Shown: one piece after another, positions 1 through 14,727 of the stretch
Numbering within the stretch: position 1 is the stretch's first letter
How the letters are laid out: each line of letters starts with the position of its first letter
Origin: Octopus vulgaris
Lineage: Eukaryota
Length of the DNA stretch: 64,000 nt
Direction of reading: 5' to 3'
Assembly: GCA_951406725.2 (NCBI GenBank)
Contig: OX597830.1
Coordinates: 65,224,001-65,288,000, forward strand
Notes under the pieces: model-generated
Databases searched by the model: none
Seen by the model: only the letters and a program-made list of their open reading frames with translations
Told to the model about the DNA's origin: nothing
Position numbers and translations under genes: made by a program

Positions 1-531
1 TGTTCTTGTCCTGCTTTCTGTTAGTCGTGTTCAGCGCATTCACGTTCACGCTGTTTCACCGTTGTAATCACCTCCAGTCCCAACTGGTCTAGCCACTGCT
101 TTTTCGCAATAGAATTGTTTAGGTTTAGAAATCTTCACTCCGTGATAGGGAACATGTCTTTCTCTGTCCAAATATGCATTCTTTTTCCGGTATCATATTT
201 CGATAGGCTCGCTTCCAAATGATGGCATTCAATTACAGTTCTATGGTGGTTTTGAGTCCATTTTCTCCTAATCTTTGGAGTAGTGTTTGGATAACAAACA
301 GGTCCACCTTGTTGCGCAGAGGAGCACTTGCCGAATGAAAGACCACCACTTCAGGTTTTGGGCTCATGAACGCAATAGTGGTTTATATTTGGGATTACAC
401 TCATAAAGAGGACTGTGTTGTTGAGGTGCCACAATTACCTTCTTGAGGAATGTAAATCAAAGCTAAAGGAACCCTCTTCCTTCTGTGAGATTATTTACCC
501 CCATGAAAACGTTCTTTGCCGTTTTTGCACT
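1..531 (-). mobile_element. 5' portion of a decayed R4/Dong-like non-LTR retrotransposon abutting a (TAA)n tract
   Basis: Minus-strand translation near 65-185 gives RMHIWTEKDMFPITE*RFLNLNNSIAKKQWLDQLGLEVI, resembling the R4/Dong ORF N-terminus (recalled pattern M..IW...TEQRL..Q...I.KK.WL..LELE.I). It begins exactly at the TAA array. Confidence 0.5.
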
Positions 532-561
532 TTATTATTATTATTATTATTATTATTGTTG

Positions 562-595
<34 letters not shown>

Positions 596-630
596 CATTG
601 TTATTATTATTATTATTATCATTATTATCA

Positions 631-685
<55 letters not shown>

Positions 686-696
686 CATTATTATCA

Positions 697-772
<76 letters not shown>

Positions 773-783
773 CATTATTATCA

Positions 784-817
<34 letters not shown>

Positions 818-836
818 CATTATTATTATCATCATC

Positions 837-886
<50 letters not shown>

Positions 887-909
887 CATCATTATTATCA
901 TTGTTATTA

Positions 910-963
<54 letters not shown>
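532..963. repeat. (TAA)n/(TTA)n microsatellite
   Basis: Direct; interspersed TCA/TTG variants. Confidence 0.98.
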
Positions 964-964
<1 letters not shown>

Positions 965-1204
965 CATCAACATCAACATGTATGAAGAGGGCAACCTGAG
1001 AGAATCTTTAGCAATCCGGGCAAAATGCTTAGCGACATTCTGAGTTCAAATTCTTAACGTTCTGAGTTCAAATTCAGCCGTGGTTGACTCGGCCCTTCAT
1101 CCAGTCAGGAATGTTAAAATAAGTATCAGTTAAAAACTGGATCTATGTAATCGTCTTACCCCCTCCCCCGAAATTGCTGACCTTGTTTGCTTTCCTTATA
1201 TCAT

Positions 1205-1806
1205 CATTATTCTCTTGTACTCTAGACACAAGACCGGAAATTTTGGTGGAGGGGTTTAGACGATTAGATTGACCTCAGTATGCAACTGGTACTTAATTTA
1301 TCGACCCGGAAAAGATGAAAGGCAAAGTCGATCTCGGGGGAATTTGAACTCAGAACGTAAAGACACGAAATACCTATTTCTTTACTACCCACAAGGGGCT
1401 AAACATAGAGAGGACAAACACGGACAGACAAACGGATTAAGTCGATTATATCGACCCCAGTGCGTAACTGGTACTTATTTAATCGACCCCGAAAGGATGA
1501 AAGGCAAAGTCGACCTCGGGGGAATTTGAACTCAGCACGTAGCAGCAGACAAAATACCGCTAAGTATTTCGCCCGGCGTGCTAACGTTTCTACCAACTCG
1601 CCGCCTTATTAAATATTCTTTTCTACTCTAGGCGCAAGGCCCGAATTTTTGGGGCAAGGGGCCAGTCGATTAGACCGACCCCAGTATGCAGCTAGTACTT
1701 AATTTATCGACCCCGAAAAGATGAAAGGCAAAGCCGATCTCGGCGGAATTTGAAATCAGAACGTAAACAAAATACCGCCCGGCGTGCTAACGTTTCTGCC
1801 AGCTCA
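1205..1806 (-). mobile_element. Tandem array of ~3 tRNA-derived SINE units (family A: GGCGGCGAGCTGGCAGAAACGTTAGC head; GCCTTTCATCCTTTCGGGGTCGATAAATTAAGTACCAG core)
   Basis: Many copies elsewhere in the window. Head has A/B-box-like motifs. Core resembles the MetaSINE-type central domain (from recall). Confidence 0.85.
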
Positions 1807-1864
1807 CTTCTTTGATGTTGTTACATTACTAAATCGCTAGTATTTTACCTTAATACAGTTCTAT

Positions 1865-2450
1865 ATTTAAGAGATGAGGAATTAATTACAGTATTTACAT
1901 TTGATGGATATTTATCCTCATCTTGTTTATTGTTAACACAACGTTTCGGCTGATATACCCTCCTGCCTTCATCAGGTGTCTTAGGGAAATTCCGAACCCG
2001 GGTTCTCATTCCTAAGGTATTTTCCGATGTTATTATTATTAGGAACTAGGAACCTTGGGGTTAGTAGCCTGCGCTCTTAACTACAACACCATATGCCCGT
2101 GGTCAATTATGGAGTGAATTTCGGGGCTTATAAATCTAATATTTTCCAATCCTTCCTTAATACCAGTTCCCATATGCTGCTCATATCTGCATTCGGTTTG
2201 CTTAGAAGGCTGTGTCCTAGTACATGTGCTGCTTCTTTTAGTTTTCGTATTTTCCAGTTGTGTTCTCTGTCTATTATTTTAACTTCATCCCACGGGGGGA
2301 GGTTGTCTCTATTTTCCCGTGTTTTTTACGTTGTCTGCCAAACATCTTATATTTATAATAGTCTTCTATTTTTACTATATTTCTATACGCAGCTCAAACA
2401 GCAAGATCACGGGTTCAGTTCTGAAAGAAACCCAGCGGAATGCAAGATCT
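1865..2450 (-). mobile_element. 3' end of a Penelope-like element (decayed endonuclease C-terminus plus pLTR with hammerhead)
   Basis: Minus-strand peptide ...WKIRKLKEAAHVLGHSLLSKPNADMSSIWELVL resembles a GIY-YIG C-terminus and is followed by a hammerhead motif. Confidence 0.65.
1935..1980 (-). ncRNA. Minimal type-I hammerhead ribozyme
   Basis: GACAC-CTGATGA-AGGC...GCC-GAAAC-GTT^GTGTT: stem I GACAC/GTGTT, intact core, stem II GGC/GCC, minimal stem III. Confidence 0.75.
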
Positions 2451-2591
2451 GTCAGGAAGAAGGACAATGAAAATGACGTGAAAGCAAAGAGGCAGAGAGA
2501 GGAGATGATATCTGTGGGGGAACGTCACCGGAGTAGATTTGTGTAGCAATGAAGAAGGAGGGGGGGAAGGCGATGTAGAGTGGGGATGTGG

Positions 2592-2646
<55 letters not shown>

Positions 2647-2744
2647 CGTTGTTTTTGTTTTTGATTTTGATAAGAAGTGTCCGACGCACAGAGAGAAACA
2701 CTGAAAAGTTGTAGAGGAGGGGTTGAAGAAAAGGTTTAGACTGC

Positions 2745-2764
2745 GATGAATAAAGAAAGAAAGT

Positions 2765-2827
<63 letters not shown>

Positions 2828-2925
2828 GAAGACAAAGAAAGAAAGAAAGACAGAGAGAAAGGACAAAAGAAAGAAAGAAAGACAGAGAGAGAGGAAGGAC
2901 CAAAGAAAGATAAAGAAAGAAAGGG

Positions 2926-2972
<47 letters not shown>

Positions 2973-3002
2973 CAGAAAGAAAGAAAGAAAGAAAGAAAGA
3001 CA

Positions 3003-3038
<36 letters not shown>

Positions 3039-3118
3039 GAGAAAGGACAAAAGAAAGAAAGAAAGACAAAGAAAGAAAGAAAGAAAGAAAGATAAAGAAA
3101 GAAAGGGAGAAAGAATGA

Positions 3119-3190
<72 letters not shown>

Positions 3191-3191
3191 G

Positions 3192-3234
<43 letters not shown>

Positions 3235-3235
3235 G

Positions 3236-3322
<87 letters not shown>

Positions 3323-3352
3323 AAGAAAGAAAGGGAGAAAGAAAGAAAGACA

Positions 3353-3384
<32 letters not shown>

Positions 3385-3623
3385 CAGACAGAGAGGGAAA
3401 AAGATGAAAGAAAGACAAAGAAATATAGAGAGAAAAAAGAAAAAAGTTTGAAAGAAGAAAAGTATGGAATGATGAATGAATGAAAAATGGAAAGATAGAT
3501 ATAAAGGTGAGAGAGAGAGAGAGAGGGAAGAGTACATAGGGTGAATGACGGGGAGAGAAAGAAAGGGAGAGGGAGAGAGAGAACAGGGATGAAGACATGG
3601 AGATTGAGTGAGAGAGAGAGAAA

Positions 3624-3670
<47 letters not shown>
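2745..3670. repeat. (AAAG)n / (AG)n polypurine tract
   Basis: Direct; ~900 bp almost purine-only on the plus strand. Confidence 0.97.
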
Positions 3671-4686
3671 AGAATGTGAAGAATTATATCAATAAAGAAG
3701 GAATATACGGAGTGAATCAGAAACGAAAGCTATCACCATCCTAGGAATATAATAAAAATTTATATATAAAAGACAGATAAAAAAATAATACATATCAAGG
3801 GTCAGAACTCTATATCCTTTCAACCATCAGAGTTCCTCTCCCTGAATATCTCCAAATTTAATATTTTCAGATTTTTCTTGTTATATCTCAAAAGAAATAT
3901 TTAATCATTTTATTTGATAACAATTATCTTTTCTATATATCCGTAGAATATATCCACTGGAACACGATTTGTACGTTTGTCTGTACATAATGTATGTTTA
4001 TGCGTATTGTGCATGTATGTGTGTGTGTGACTGTGTGTATGAGAGACAGAGAAAAAAGCAGACGAACGGTAATGTTATAAAAGAAAGGCAGAAATTCAAC
4101 CCACCATTTATATATAGAATATTAAAAAAATTCAAATTTACATGTCAAGGGAGACTACTCTAACAACCTTATTTTAGCCTCGAGAGTAATTTCCCCTGAC
4201 TTTAATTATTTCTTAATTGATTTTTCTTAAAATTTTTCATTTCTTTTCTGCCTTTGTAAATTTTTCTTACGTCTAAACTGAAATATTTCAACAGTTTATC
4301 ACAACTACATTTTCTATATATCCGTAGTACATCCACTGGAACTATATTTGCCAGACGCACACTTAATTGTAATTGATGAAGAGTACATTTTTTTAATCTA
4401 CAAACAGAAGAAGGAGACACTACTTTTTGTCTTACCTAAAAAACTATTTATACCAAATAATCGGCTAAAATTACCATTTCAATAAACGTGGACCTTCAAT
4501 TCATTTCTGCAACAATGTGGCCTAGAAACAGATTTTGAATAAATATATTTTGAATGTAAATAATTGTCATTTATAAAGACTTGTGCACGGTTTACATACG
4601 GAAGAGTACGTCGGCAGACACAATAGCGAATTCCACAATAAATCATACGCACACCTAGATACTTCTCATCTATATACATATATATA

Positions 4687-4740
<54 letters not shown>

Positions 4741-4776
4741 TATATATAAATAAATATATGTATATGTATGTATATT

Positions 4777-4819
<43 letters not shown>

Positions 4820-4820
4820 G

Positions 4821-4869
<49 letters not shown>

Positions 4870-4882
4870 GTATATGTATGTA

Positions 4883-4947
<65 letters not shown>

Positions 4948-5049
4948 CATATATATATATATAGGAAAAATTTTTTTAAAATGCAGAATGCTCAAATGAA
5001 AGAAAATTTTAATAAAATGAGAAAATGATAAAATATATAAATATATATT

Positions 5050-5090
5050 TATTCAACCGGTTTTCGTCATTGTATGACTTGTCAAGAATA
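5050..5090 (-). ncRNA. Variant hammerhead ribozyme (U3-A8 core), left-arm copy
   Basis: TATTC-TTGACAA-GTCAT ACA ATGAC-GAAAACCGGTT-GAATA. Confidence 0.6.
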
Positions 5091-5566
5091 TTTATGTTTT
5101 AAGAAGTTTTTTTAAAAATTAGAAAGGGGAAAAAAAGAAAATTGCATTGTTTTTTGTAAAAGAATAATGATAAAAATGTACAAAAATTGAAAAATAAGTT
5201 CTCCGATACATTGTGAGTTCGTTGTGTATCTTGAGTTTTATGGTTGTTTACCAAAAAATTACCTTGAGGTGTTAAGTTCCAAAGGGATTAAGAGCATGTG
5301 ATGTGTTGTGTTGTTAAATTCAGCATGTTAAATTCAGCATGTTAACAACACAACACATCACATGCTCTTAATCCCTTTGGATCTTAACACCTCAAGGTAA
5401 TTTTTTGGTAAACAACCATAAAACTCAAGATACACAACGAACTCACAATGTATCGGAGAACTTATTTTTCAATTTTTGTACATTTTTATCATTATTCTTT
5501 TACAAAAAACAATGCAATTTTCTTTTTTCCCCTTTCTAATTTTTAAAAAACTTCTTAAAACATAAA

Positions 5567-5607
5567 TATTCTTGACAAGTCATACAATGACGAAAACCGG
5601 TTGAATA
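5567..5607 (+). ncRNA. Variant hammerhead ribozyme (U3-A8 core), right-arm copy
   Basis: Identical to the left-arm copy: 5-bp stem I, 5-bp stem II, palindromic ACCGGT stem III, one extra A after GAAA. Confidence 0.6.
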
Positions 5608-5850
5608 AATATATATTTATATATTTTATCATTTTCTCATTTTATTAAAATTTTCTTTCATTTGAGCATTCTGTTTTAAAAAAATTCTTCCTTACTTATC
5701 ATTTCTCCACGTGCGGTCAACACAACCCCACCATTTATTGATCTATATATATATATATGTATATCTGTATATATTATATATGTGTGTGTATATATATATA
5801 TATGTGTGTGTGTGTATATATATGTATAGGTATATATGCATATATATATA

Positions 5851-5924
<74 letters not shown>

Positions 5925-6133
5925 CATACATATATGGTCATGTACAATTACACACATATTTAATTTATATTCATTTATATACGCATGCATAACTATTTGT
6001 AGACAATTGTACACATTCACAGTCACACGCACATTCACAATAATTATATATATATATATAATTATATATATATATATATACATATAATATATAATATATA
6101 TATATATAATTATATATATATATATATACATAT

Positions 6134-6169
<36 letters not shown>

Positions 6170-7005
6170 CGTCGGTATACATATCTTATATAAAATATGT
6201 TTCTTTGTGTGTGTGTTTGTGATCGCGCATATATGTATATATGTGCATCCATCTGTTTGTATGCATATATATAAATATGCATACGTGCAGACATAGATAT
6301 ATACATCCATAGATATACACATGCATATATGCATACATACAGACATACATAGCTTACATAGATTCTTACATACATACATGCATGCATGTACGCATGTATA
6401 ACTACATGCATATACACGTACATGCATGCATGCATATGTACACGCATACATACATCCATACATCCATATATACATATTTACGTACATACATATATGCACG
6501 CATGAACTCACACACCAACATTTGCATTTTTGTAAACGACAGAGAACCATAGTAGTTGAAACATTGTGTAACTTTTATTTTGTATTTGAACTGAGATTTT
6601 GGAAATTGATCCAGTTTCACAGTTATCTTTCAGAAGAACTGGAGATTTGCAGAGATTGAATTTGGCGTCGCGAATAATGTTGATGTAATTTATATATATA
6701 TATACGTTTGTATGAAGAAAAAATAAAAAGGTGTTGTGTGTCTGTATATACATACATACATACATACATACCTACATACATACATACATACATACCTACA
6801 TACATACATACATTTATGTATGTATATATGTGTATATGTATACATACATGTATGTATATATGCATGTATATATGTATCTATATATATGTGTGTATATATA
6901 TGTATATACATATATATACATATATATATATGCATATATATATGTATATATGTATATTGATGTATGTATATATATATATACTTCTATAATGTTTCTATAT
7001 ATAAT

Positions 7006-7041
<36 letters not shown>

Positions 7042-7120
7042 GCGAGGCACTGATTAGCCGATGAAATATTTACCCTCAAATTGTGCGCATATATTTATAC
7101 AGCAATGATGATGATGAAGT

Positions 7121-7159
<39 letters not shown>

Positions 7160-7247
7160 CCATGGGGAATGTATTTCCAACATTGGTATAACAATGCCAT
7201 ACAGATACTATTTAATGTCGTTCTTATATATCACAATCTTTTTCATC

Positions 7248-8298
7248 ATTGGTTCATCCTATGAATAATGCGGGTTTTAATACTTGTTTCTTTTTATTTT
7301 TCAAAACTAAAATAAGTTCTCTTTTAAATCTAAAATTTACTGGCCTTCATTTTCTACAATGCTCTTCTATCTATCTGGTAGACTTGCAAGGCTCCCCTTC
7401 TAAAATTTACTTCTTCGTGATGAAAAATACAGCTCCAGTACTGTTCTGAAGTCGTCTACAGGATTCGTATTTTTTCCGTCCAAATGATTTTTAAATAGAG
7501 TGGTTGTATACTGTCAACTTAACGTGACTGTCCTGTAAGGGAATTACACCCCGCTGTTTAGCCCTAGGAAGCATCGACGCTTCCTGTCGGCCTTGACACA
7601 TTTCCTGTGTCCTTCTGCGGAATAAATGATAATTAGATGGGGCAATGTCTGGCGAATATAGTAGGAGGGGCACCGTTCCCCAGTCAAACTGTTCCAGCCT
7701 TTGGAATGTTATACTCGCTGTATGTGGCCGAACAGTAACTATCCTGACGTAAGAACACATTTTCGTCTTGAAACCAATGGTGATCGTTTTCCGATGGCAT
7801 ACAGGTGTCGATGAATGGTTGAATGACTAAACCCACGCATCTCCAATAGTTTCTCAACAGTTATGATGTGATTTTGTTCCACCATGTTTTGCAGGACGTC
7901 CTTGTCGAACTCTACAGATCTTTCGGTACGAGGCTGGTCCATTAGGCTGTAGTTTCCGGCTCAGATGTTCTGGAAACACTGTTGACACAGGCTTACTCTT
8001 ATTGTCCGATCCCCATATACTGCCTTAATATTCCTCACAACTTTCCGTTGCGGTGTTGCCTTTATTGAACTCATAAAGCAAAATATGCTGAATATGTTCC
8101 TTTGTCACTTCCATTATAGCTTTGTAAAAATAACTGTTAAAATCAAACTGCACTCTTGAAAATTGCATTAAGAATAAGGACAGGGTAAAATTACTAATCG
8201 CTTTTATAGCGAGTTGATGCAGGTAGTTTAACCCGTCCCCCTCTGACTTTTAGTTCATGCAATTGAAAAAACCGCATTATTTATGGAATGACCCAATA
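7248..8298 (-). mobile_element. Decayed mariner transposon with TIRs
   Basis: Fragments RSVEFDKDVLQ...HSTIHRHL and YSPDIAPSNYHLF. TIRs ATTGGTTCATCCTATGAATAATGCGG / CCGCATTATTTATGGAATGACCCAAT. Confidence 0.85.
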
Positions 8299-8917
8299 TT
8301 ACCGTACCGGTAATTTTTCAGCAATGACCAAGATTTTCTTTTATGATTATTTGGGATATTATAATTTAATAGATCACATATTTTTATAATGGTAGAATTT
8401 GATTTGAACGAATAGAAGCAGCTTCTTGGCCTTCAATGATTTATATAGGGGATATTAGGCTGCTATTTCTATCAAGTTAGTTACCACATATATGCTGTTC
8501 CTTCGGCTTGCAATGGTATGACATATGAAGGAATTTTAACAGCTATTTCTACCAGGCCAGATCACTCACTACAGGCTACTTCGTTTGTTTGCAATCATAT
8601 GTTATATAAGAGAGATTTAACAGCTTCCCTCGCAGTTTCATAGAGTACACAACATAGGCGGAAATATTGTGTTAATGGACCCCAATCGATGAGCTTCGAA
8701 CAACATTCTCGACTGTTATTTATTTCATCTACCGTTAGAGTGAGACCTACGATGTTTTTGAACAGGAAACGGAAACGTGCTGCTTTGTACGTTATTAAAG
8801 ATCATAATGTATCTTGTCAATTCCTTAGTAGTATTTCGTTGAACTGAGAAAGTGATGTATTTGAAGATCAGTCGTTTAATAAAATACCTTAGACATCAAC
8901 TGCATTATGATGTTTAA

Positions 8918-9073
8918 GGCGCAGGCGTGGCCGTGTGGTAAGAAGCATGCTTCCCAACCATATTGTTCCAAGTTCAGGCCCACTGCGTGACACCTTGGGC
9001 AAGTGTCTTCTACAGTAGTCATAGGCCGACCAAACCTTGTTAGAGGATTTGGTAGACGAAAACTGAAAGAAGC

Positions 9074-9078
<5 letters not shown>
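8918..9078 (+). mobile_element. tRNA-derived SINE family C, 5' half, running into (TA)n
   Basis: GGCGCAGGCGTGGCCGTGTGGTAAG head and CCTTGGGCAAGT (CORE-like). Other copies at ~42497-42656 and ~46276-46697. Confidence 0.75.
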
Positions 9079-9114
<36 letters not shown>

Positions 9115-9119
<5 letters not shown>

Positions 9120-9302
9120 AAGGACAGACAAAGGGATTAAGTCGATTATATCGACGCCAGTGCATAACTGGTACTTAATTTATCGACCCCGAGAGGATGA
9201 AAGTCGACCTCGGCGGGATTTGAACACAGAACGTAACGGCAGACGAAATACGGCTACGCATTTCGCCCGGCGTGCTAACGTTTCTGCCAGCTCGTCGCCT
9301 TA
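9115..9302 (-). mobile_element. SINE family A copy
   Basis: Matches the copies at 21602 and 44437. Confidence 0.85.
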
Positions 9303-9604
9303 ATTTAAGAATTATTATTGTCGTTGTCAAGATAGAAAGCAGGCAGAATCGTTAGCGTATCGGGGGAAAAATTCTTAGCAGCAATTCTTCCGAATCTTTA
9401 CGGTATAATTTCAAACTCTGGCGAGCTCTACATAACTTCGTTTTGGTACCGGGGTCCATAAATAATGAGTCAAGCACTGGAGTCGAGGTAATCGAATTCC
9501 CATTCCTTCAAAGTTTATGTATTTGTGCCAAATTTAGAAAGAATTACTATTATTGCTGCTTGTGTTGTTGTTGTTGTTGTTTTTGTTGTTGTTGTTGTCG
9601 TTGT

Positions 9605-9635
<31 letters not shown>

Positions 9636-10810
9636 AAGGTGGCGGGCTGGCAAGACCGTTGCTACGCTGGGCTCTGCACGCTTTGACTTCAAATTCCGCC
9701 GAGGTCGTCTCTACCTTTCATCTTTTAGGGGGTCAATAAAACAAGTACCAGTTAAACCTTGGGGTCGAAGTAATATACTTACCCCTCCCCCGAAATTACC
9801 AGCCTTGAACCAAACATTGCAGCCATTATTGTTGTTAAAGATGGGTTGGCAAGATCTTTGGAGCGTCGGACAAAATGCTTCGGGTTATTTATTCTAGATC
9901 TTTACCTTCTGAATTCATATACCACCCAACCGAACTTTGTCTTTCATCTCTTCGGCGCCGATGAAATTTATTCTCCTTTATCTCTCGGGGGCCAATGATA
10001 CATAACCCTCTTCCGATAAAATGATTGGCCTTGTGCCAAAATTAGAAACCATTATTAATATTGTTGTATAATGCAGGATGAATGGTACGCTTGCAGAATC
10101 GGTTGAACCTTGGCCAAATATTTTAGCATTCTGTCTTTAAATAACGCAATGGTTGACTTCATTTTCCATTGTTACAATGGTCGAAAAGATATAGTTGATA
10201 AGGGTAGAGGGAGCAATGTATTGGTACATTCAGTAGGACAATCGCTTTCAGTACTTAAGTCATGTTACGTTCAACCATCCAAATCTTTTTCTAGGTGTCA
10301 ATAAAAATAATAATAATATACGAGTCATACACTATAAAGACCAACACGATCCTCCGATCTCATTCTCCAGAAATGTGTTACATTGTACCTAAATTATCGA
10401 GGTTCCTAATGCATATATCTGATTACTTCATAGTATTTGGTTAGATTCATTTTTACCTTCAGAGTTTAAACTCATCTAGGGATGATCGATAAGACGTGGA
10501 GCTAGGGAGGGGTGGGACTATCGATCAACCAATCGAAACAAGGAAGCCATGTTTCCATTGTTTATTTCCGGATCTTTTACTTTCCTTTCAAATTTTGGAT
10601 AATTTCTGGTGGTCGCAACTCTGACAGAAATGACTTTTTTTTTACAATCCGTGATGAGGGCAGGGTTGAAACTCAGAATGCGTAGAAGCAGGACAAATGC
10701 CACATACCATCTCCTCCGATATTCTAACTATTCCGCCAACCCGAACTATTAACCCCGCTTTGGTACTTTTTCATTGGTCCTGAAAGGATGGAAGACAAAG
10801 TCGATATCGT

Positions 10811-11185
10811 GGCACTCCGTCGGTTACGACGACGAGGGTTCCAGTTGATCCAATCAACGGAACAGCCTGTTCGTGAAACTAATGTGTAAGTGGCTGAGTA
10901 CTCCGCAGACACGTGTACCCTTAACGTAATTCTCGGGGAGATTCAGCATGATACAGTGTGTGACAAGGCTGGCCCTTTGAAACAGAAACAGAAACAGAAA
11001 GAACGAGTGAGAGAAATTTGTGGTGAAAGAGTACAGTAGGGTTTGCCACTGCCCTCTGCCGGAGCCTCGTGGAACTTTAGGTGTTTTCCCTCAATAAAAA
11101 CTCACAACGCTCGATCTGGGAATCGAAATCGCGATCCCACGATTGCGATTCCGTTGACCTAACCACTGGGTCACTTCGCCTCCAC
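10811..11185 (-). mobile_element. tRNA-derived SINE family B, full length, tail type 1
   Basis: Head GTGGAGGCG..TGACCCAGTGGTTAGG...TTCGATTCCCAG; matches 46955-47333. Confidence 0.85.
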
Positions 11186-12141
11186 GAATGTTGACATAGT
11201 TGTAATTTAAACTCATTGCACAGAGAGTCGGAATATATTAGCACGCTACAAATATCCTGCAGTCTAACGAGTTTACCAATTCGTCGGATCGATAATTGTA
11301 TTTTTAAGTAATATTGGCATTATTTAACCACAGGTCACACCAGACTGTGCTGACTTCTGATCATATAAGTTTCAATAACGATCTTGTGTTTTTTAAGGTG
11401 CAACGTTTACGACTTTGGGTGGGACTATGAAATCTCCTCCATAACAAACTATAAAAAAAAAATAATAAAATTTATCGTGGCACTCCGTCGGTTACGACGA
11501 CGAGTGTTCCAGTTATTTGAGATAACCTTCTTCTAGATACACCTCACTCATCCGTTCTAAGACTGTAGAATGTACTTTACGGGACACGACTTTGTTATAT
11601 CTTGCCGGTTGAGCGATCAAGCAAAGCTACGCATCATCCGCTCTTTACCTCATAAATCAACTTTCACAAGTCTGGTTTGACGGCGTTTGTGTAGTCTTCT
11701 GATAATGTACACAATAACTAATATATTTTTCAACGTACCTGAACTAAATATGCTTTCATAAATAATTTGACATTTACTGCTTTGAGCACTTCATTAGCGT
11801 ATTTATTTGTCCTTCATTAAGAGTATTTACTTTTCTGAGTGTGGTTACTCACCACCTTTCAAATTCGCCAAACAAGCGATGTGTGTGTGTTTGTGTTGGA
11901 AGGCGTTACGGTTGTTTCGCATTTTTGGTACAATGTCAGTAATTTTTACGGGAATAAACAAGTCGACTACATCAGCGCCGGCTGTGTGACTAGTATTTTA
12001 TTTTACCGAAACCAGAAAGGTGAAGGGCAAAGTTGGCCACAGCAGTATTTGAACTCACAAAGTAAAGAGATGGAAGGAAAGATGCTAAATATTCTGTCCG
12101 ACAAGCAAACGATTCTGCCAGCTCGTCGCCTATTTTCTATG

Positions 12142-12255
<114 letters not shown>

Positions 12256-12922
12256 TTTCTTTCTACTTTTGGCACAAGACTTGAAATTTGGAGTGAGAGA
12301 TTTAGTCAATTTTCCACATTAACGACAAATTCCTTCATACGTTTATATCAAGAGGAATGGAAGAACGACACGATACTAGTTTAACTCACACACACACACA
12401 CACATACACGCACACACACACACACACGCACACACACACACACACACATGTATATACATTCTACCTTTCGAAAACAACTTTTTAAATAAATTTATGCACA
12501 CATATATCTACATAAATATTCTGCATTCGGAAGTGAGCTTTTAAAAATAAATATATTTAAAATATCGATTTCCACATCAATAACTTTAACAAGAAAGCAC
12601 CTATCTATAGGGTTTAGGAAATTGCTAAACATAGTAGCCAATTCCCCAACAACAAACATCCTACTGTCTCAAAAAAATATAAGAACTGTAATATAAATGA
12701 TTGCTTAGATAAGTCAGATGTGATTAGTGGATATTCCTCTAAAACGACAAGTTTTTATTGTATCAAAACAATACATGTACACTCAGTTTTCACACACACA
12801 CTGACACACACACACAAGCTCACACATATACAAAGAAGCGCGCACATGCATATCTGTATATCTATATATAAAATATGCATGTATATACATATATATACAT
12901 ACACATATATAACATATATGAG

Positions 12923-12954
<32 letters not shown>

Positions 12955-13106
12955 AAACACTTAGAAGTATATGTATGTATGCATGTATGTATATATATGT
13001 TCATATAATCATATATATGTGTGTGTGTGTGTGTGTGTTTGTGCATGTGCGTTCATACATATTATATATATATATAAGTATGTATATATTTTTATATATA
13101 TGTATA

Positions 13107-13167
<61 letters not shown>

Positions 13168-13619
13168 ATTAGACATGGCGAGACTAATAATCTGGTGTAG
13201 CACTCAATATACGCATGTTTCCGAACAAAGTGCTAGATGAGTATAAGAAAACGTGGTGACACAGGAAAAACAATGGTTATGTTCTGAAATTCATTAGATT
13301 ACACCCGTTTCTGCCATAAGATACAGTGGATTCCTAGTTGAGCGGATGAATAACATCCCAGAGCTTCATCGGTGCCTCGAATAGATATGCGTATATATAT
13401 ATATATATACATATATATGCATGTATAAGTGTGTGTAAGATGTATAAATATATGAGTGTGTGTGTGTGTGTTTGTGTTACGTTTGTGTGAATACCAAGAC
13501 AGCGACAACACCGACACCAGTTTTTAAAACTCAACTCTTACATACTTATACAATACATATGCACATATAGATATACAAGCAGACATGAATACACACTCAC
13601 ACACACACATACAAACACA

Positions 13620-13672
<53 letters not shown>

Positions 13673-13761
13673 GTAATATAAATAACATATATATATATAC
13701 GTATATATACATATACATTCATACATACATACATACATACATACATACATACATACATACA

Positions 13762-13796
<35 letters not shown>

Positions 13797-13967
13797 GTGT
13801 TTGTGTGTGTGTGTGTATAATTTGAGTACAGGACATCCCAAAGAGTAGACAACATGAAATACGAGAACAAATGAATTCAAACGCAAACAACAAGCGAAAC
13901 AAATGGAAAAACACAAGTAACATATAAAGAACGGCCCTACTTATCCACAAACACACACACAGACCAA

Positions 13968-14052
<85 letters not shown>

Positions 14053-14343
14053 TACGAGGGGTATATGAATAGTCTTGAGCCTCAAACAAAAAAAAAACAT
14101 GGTAAAAGACTTCAAGACTTAAGACTTAAGACTATATGCATATGCTAGAATGTTTTTTTCAGACGAATTGTCGACAAATTTCTTTTCCCGTTGGCTGAAC
14201 CAAACTCTGCCTTCATATTATGTTATACGATGTTATATTATATTATACCATATTATATTGTATGCATTATAACAATATACAGTCATGTTTTCATATATGT
14301 GTACATAAACACACACATACATATATATATATTCATATATCTG

Positions 14344-14383
<40 letters not shown>

Positions 14384-14569
14384 TATATATATGTTCATAT
14401 ATACACATATATATATATTCATATATATTCTGCCTTTTGAAATGAACTTTTTGAATAAATATATTTAAAGTGTCGATTTTCACATCATGAATACAACACA
14501 ACTGCTATGACACCACGACACATAACAAAATGCTATGGCCCATGCTGCAGCACCATACTGTCATTCACC

Positions 14570-14668
14570 GCTTGTTACACACCACCATAACTACTACCAC
14601 ACATACACACACGCACACACATGCACACCACAATCCCATCCACCACTTAGTACCATTCCGACACTAAA

Positions 14669-14727
<59 letters not shown>

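Larger units (their letters stand above)
4964..5691. repeat. Near-perfect inverted repeat (arms ~4984-5317 and ~5342-5673), probably an inverted Penelope pLTR pair between (TA)n tracts
   Basis: Arms are reverse complements with one substitution spotted. The centre has GTTAAATTCAGCAT twice. Confidence 0.92.

Noticed and set aside
13205-13380. Possible hammerhead relics on the minus strand; similar relics at ~17540 and ~35810
   Set aside because: Core or cleavage triplet too degenerate to call.
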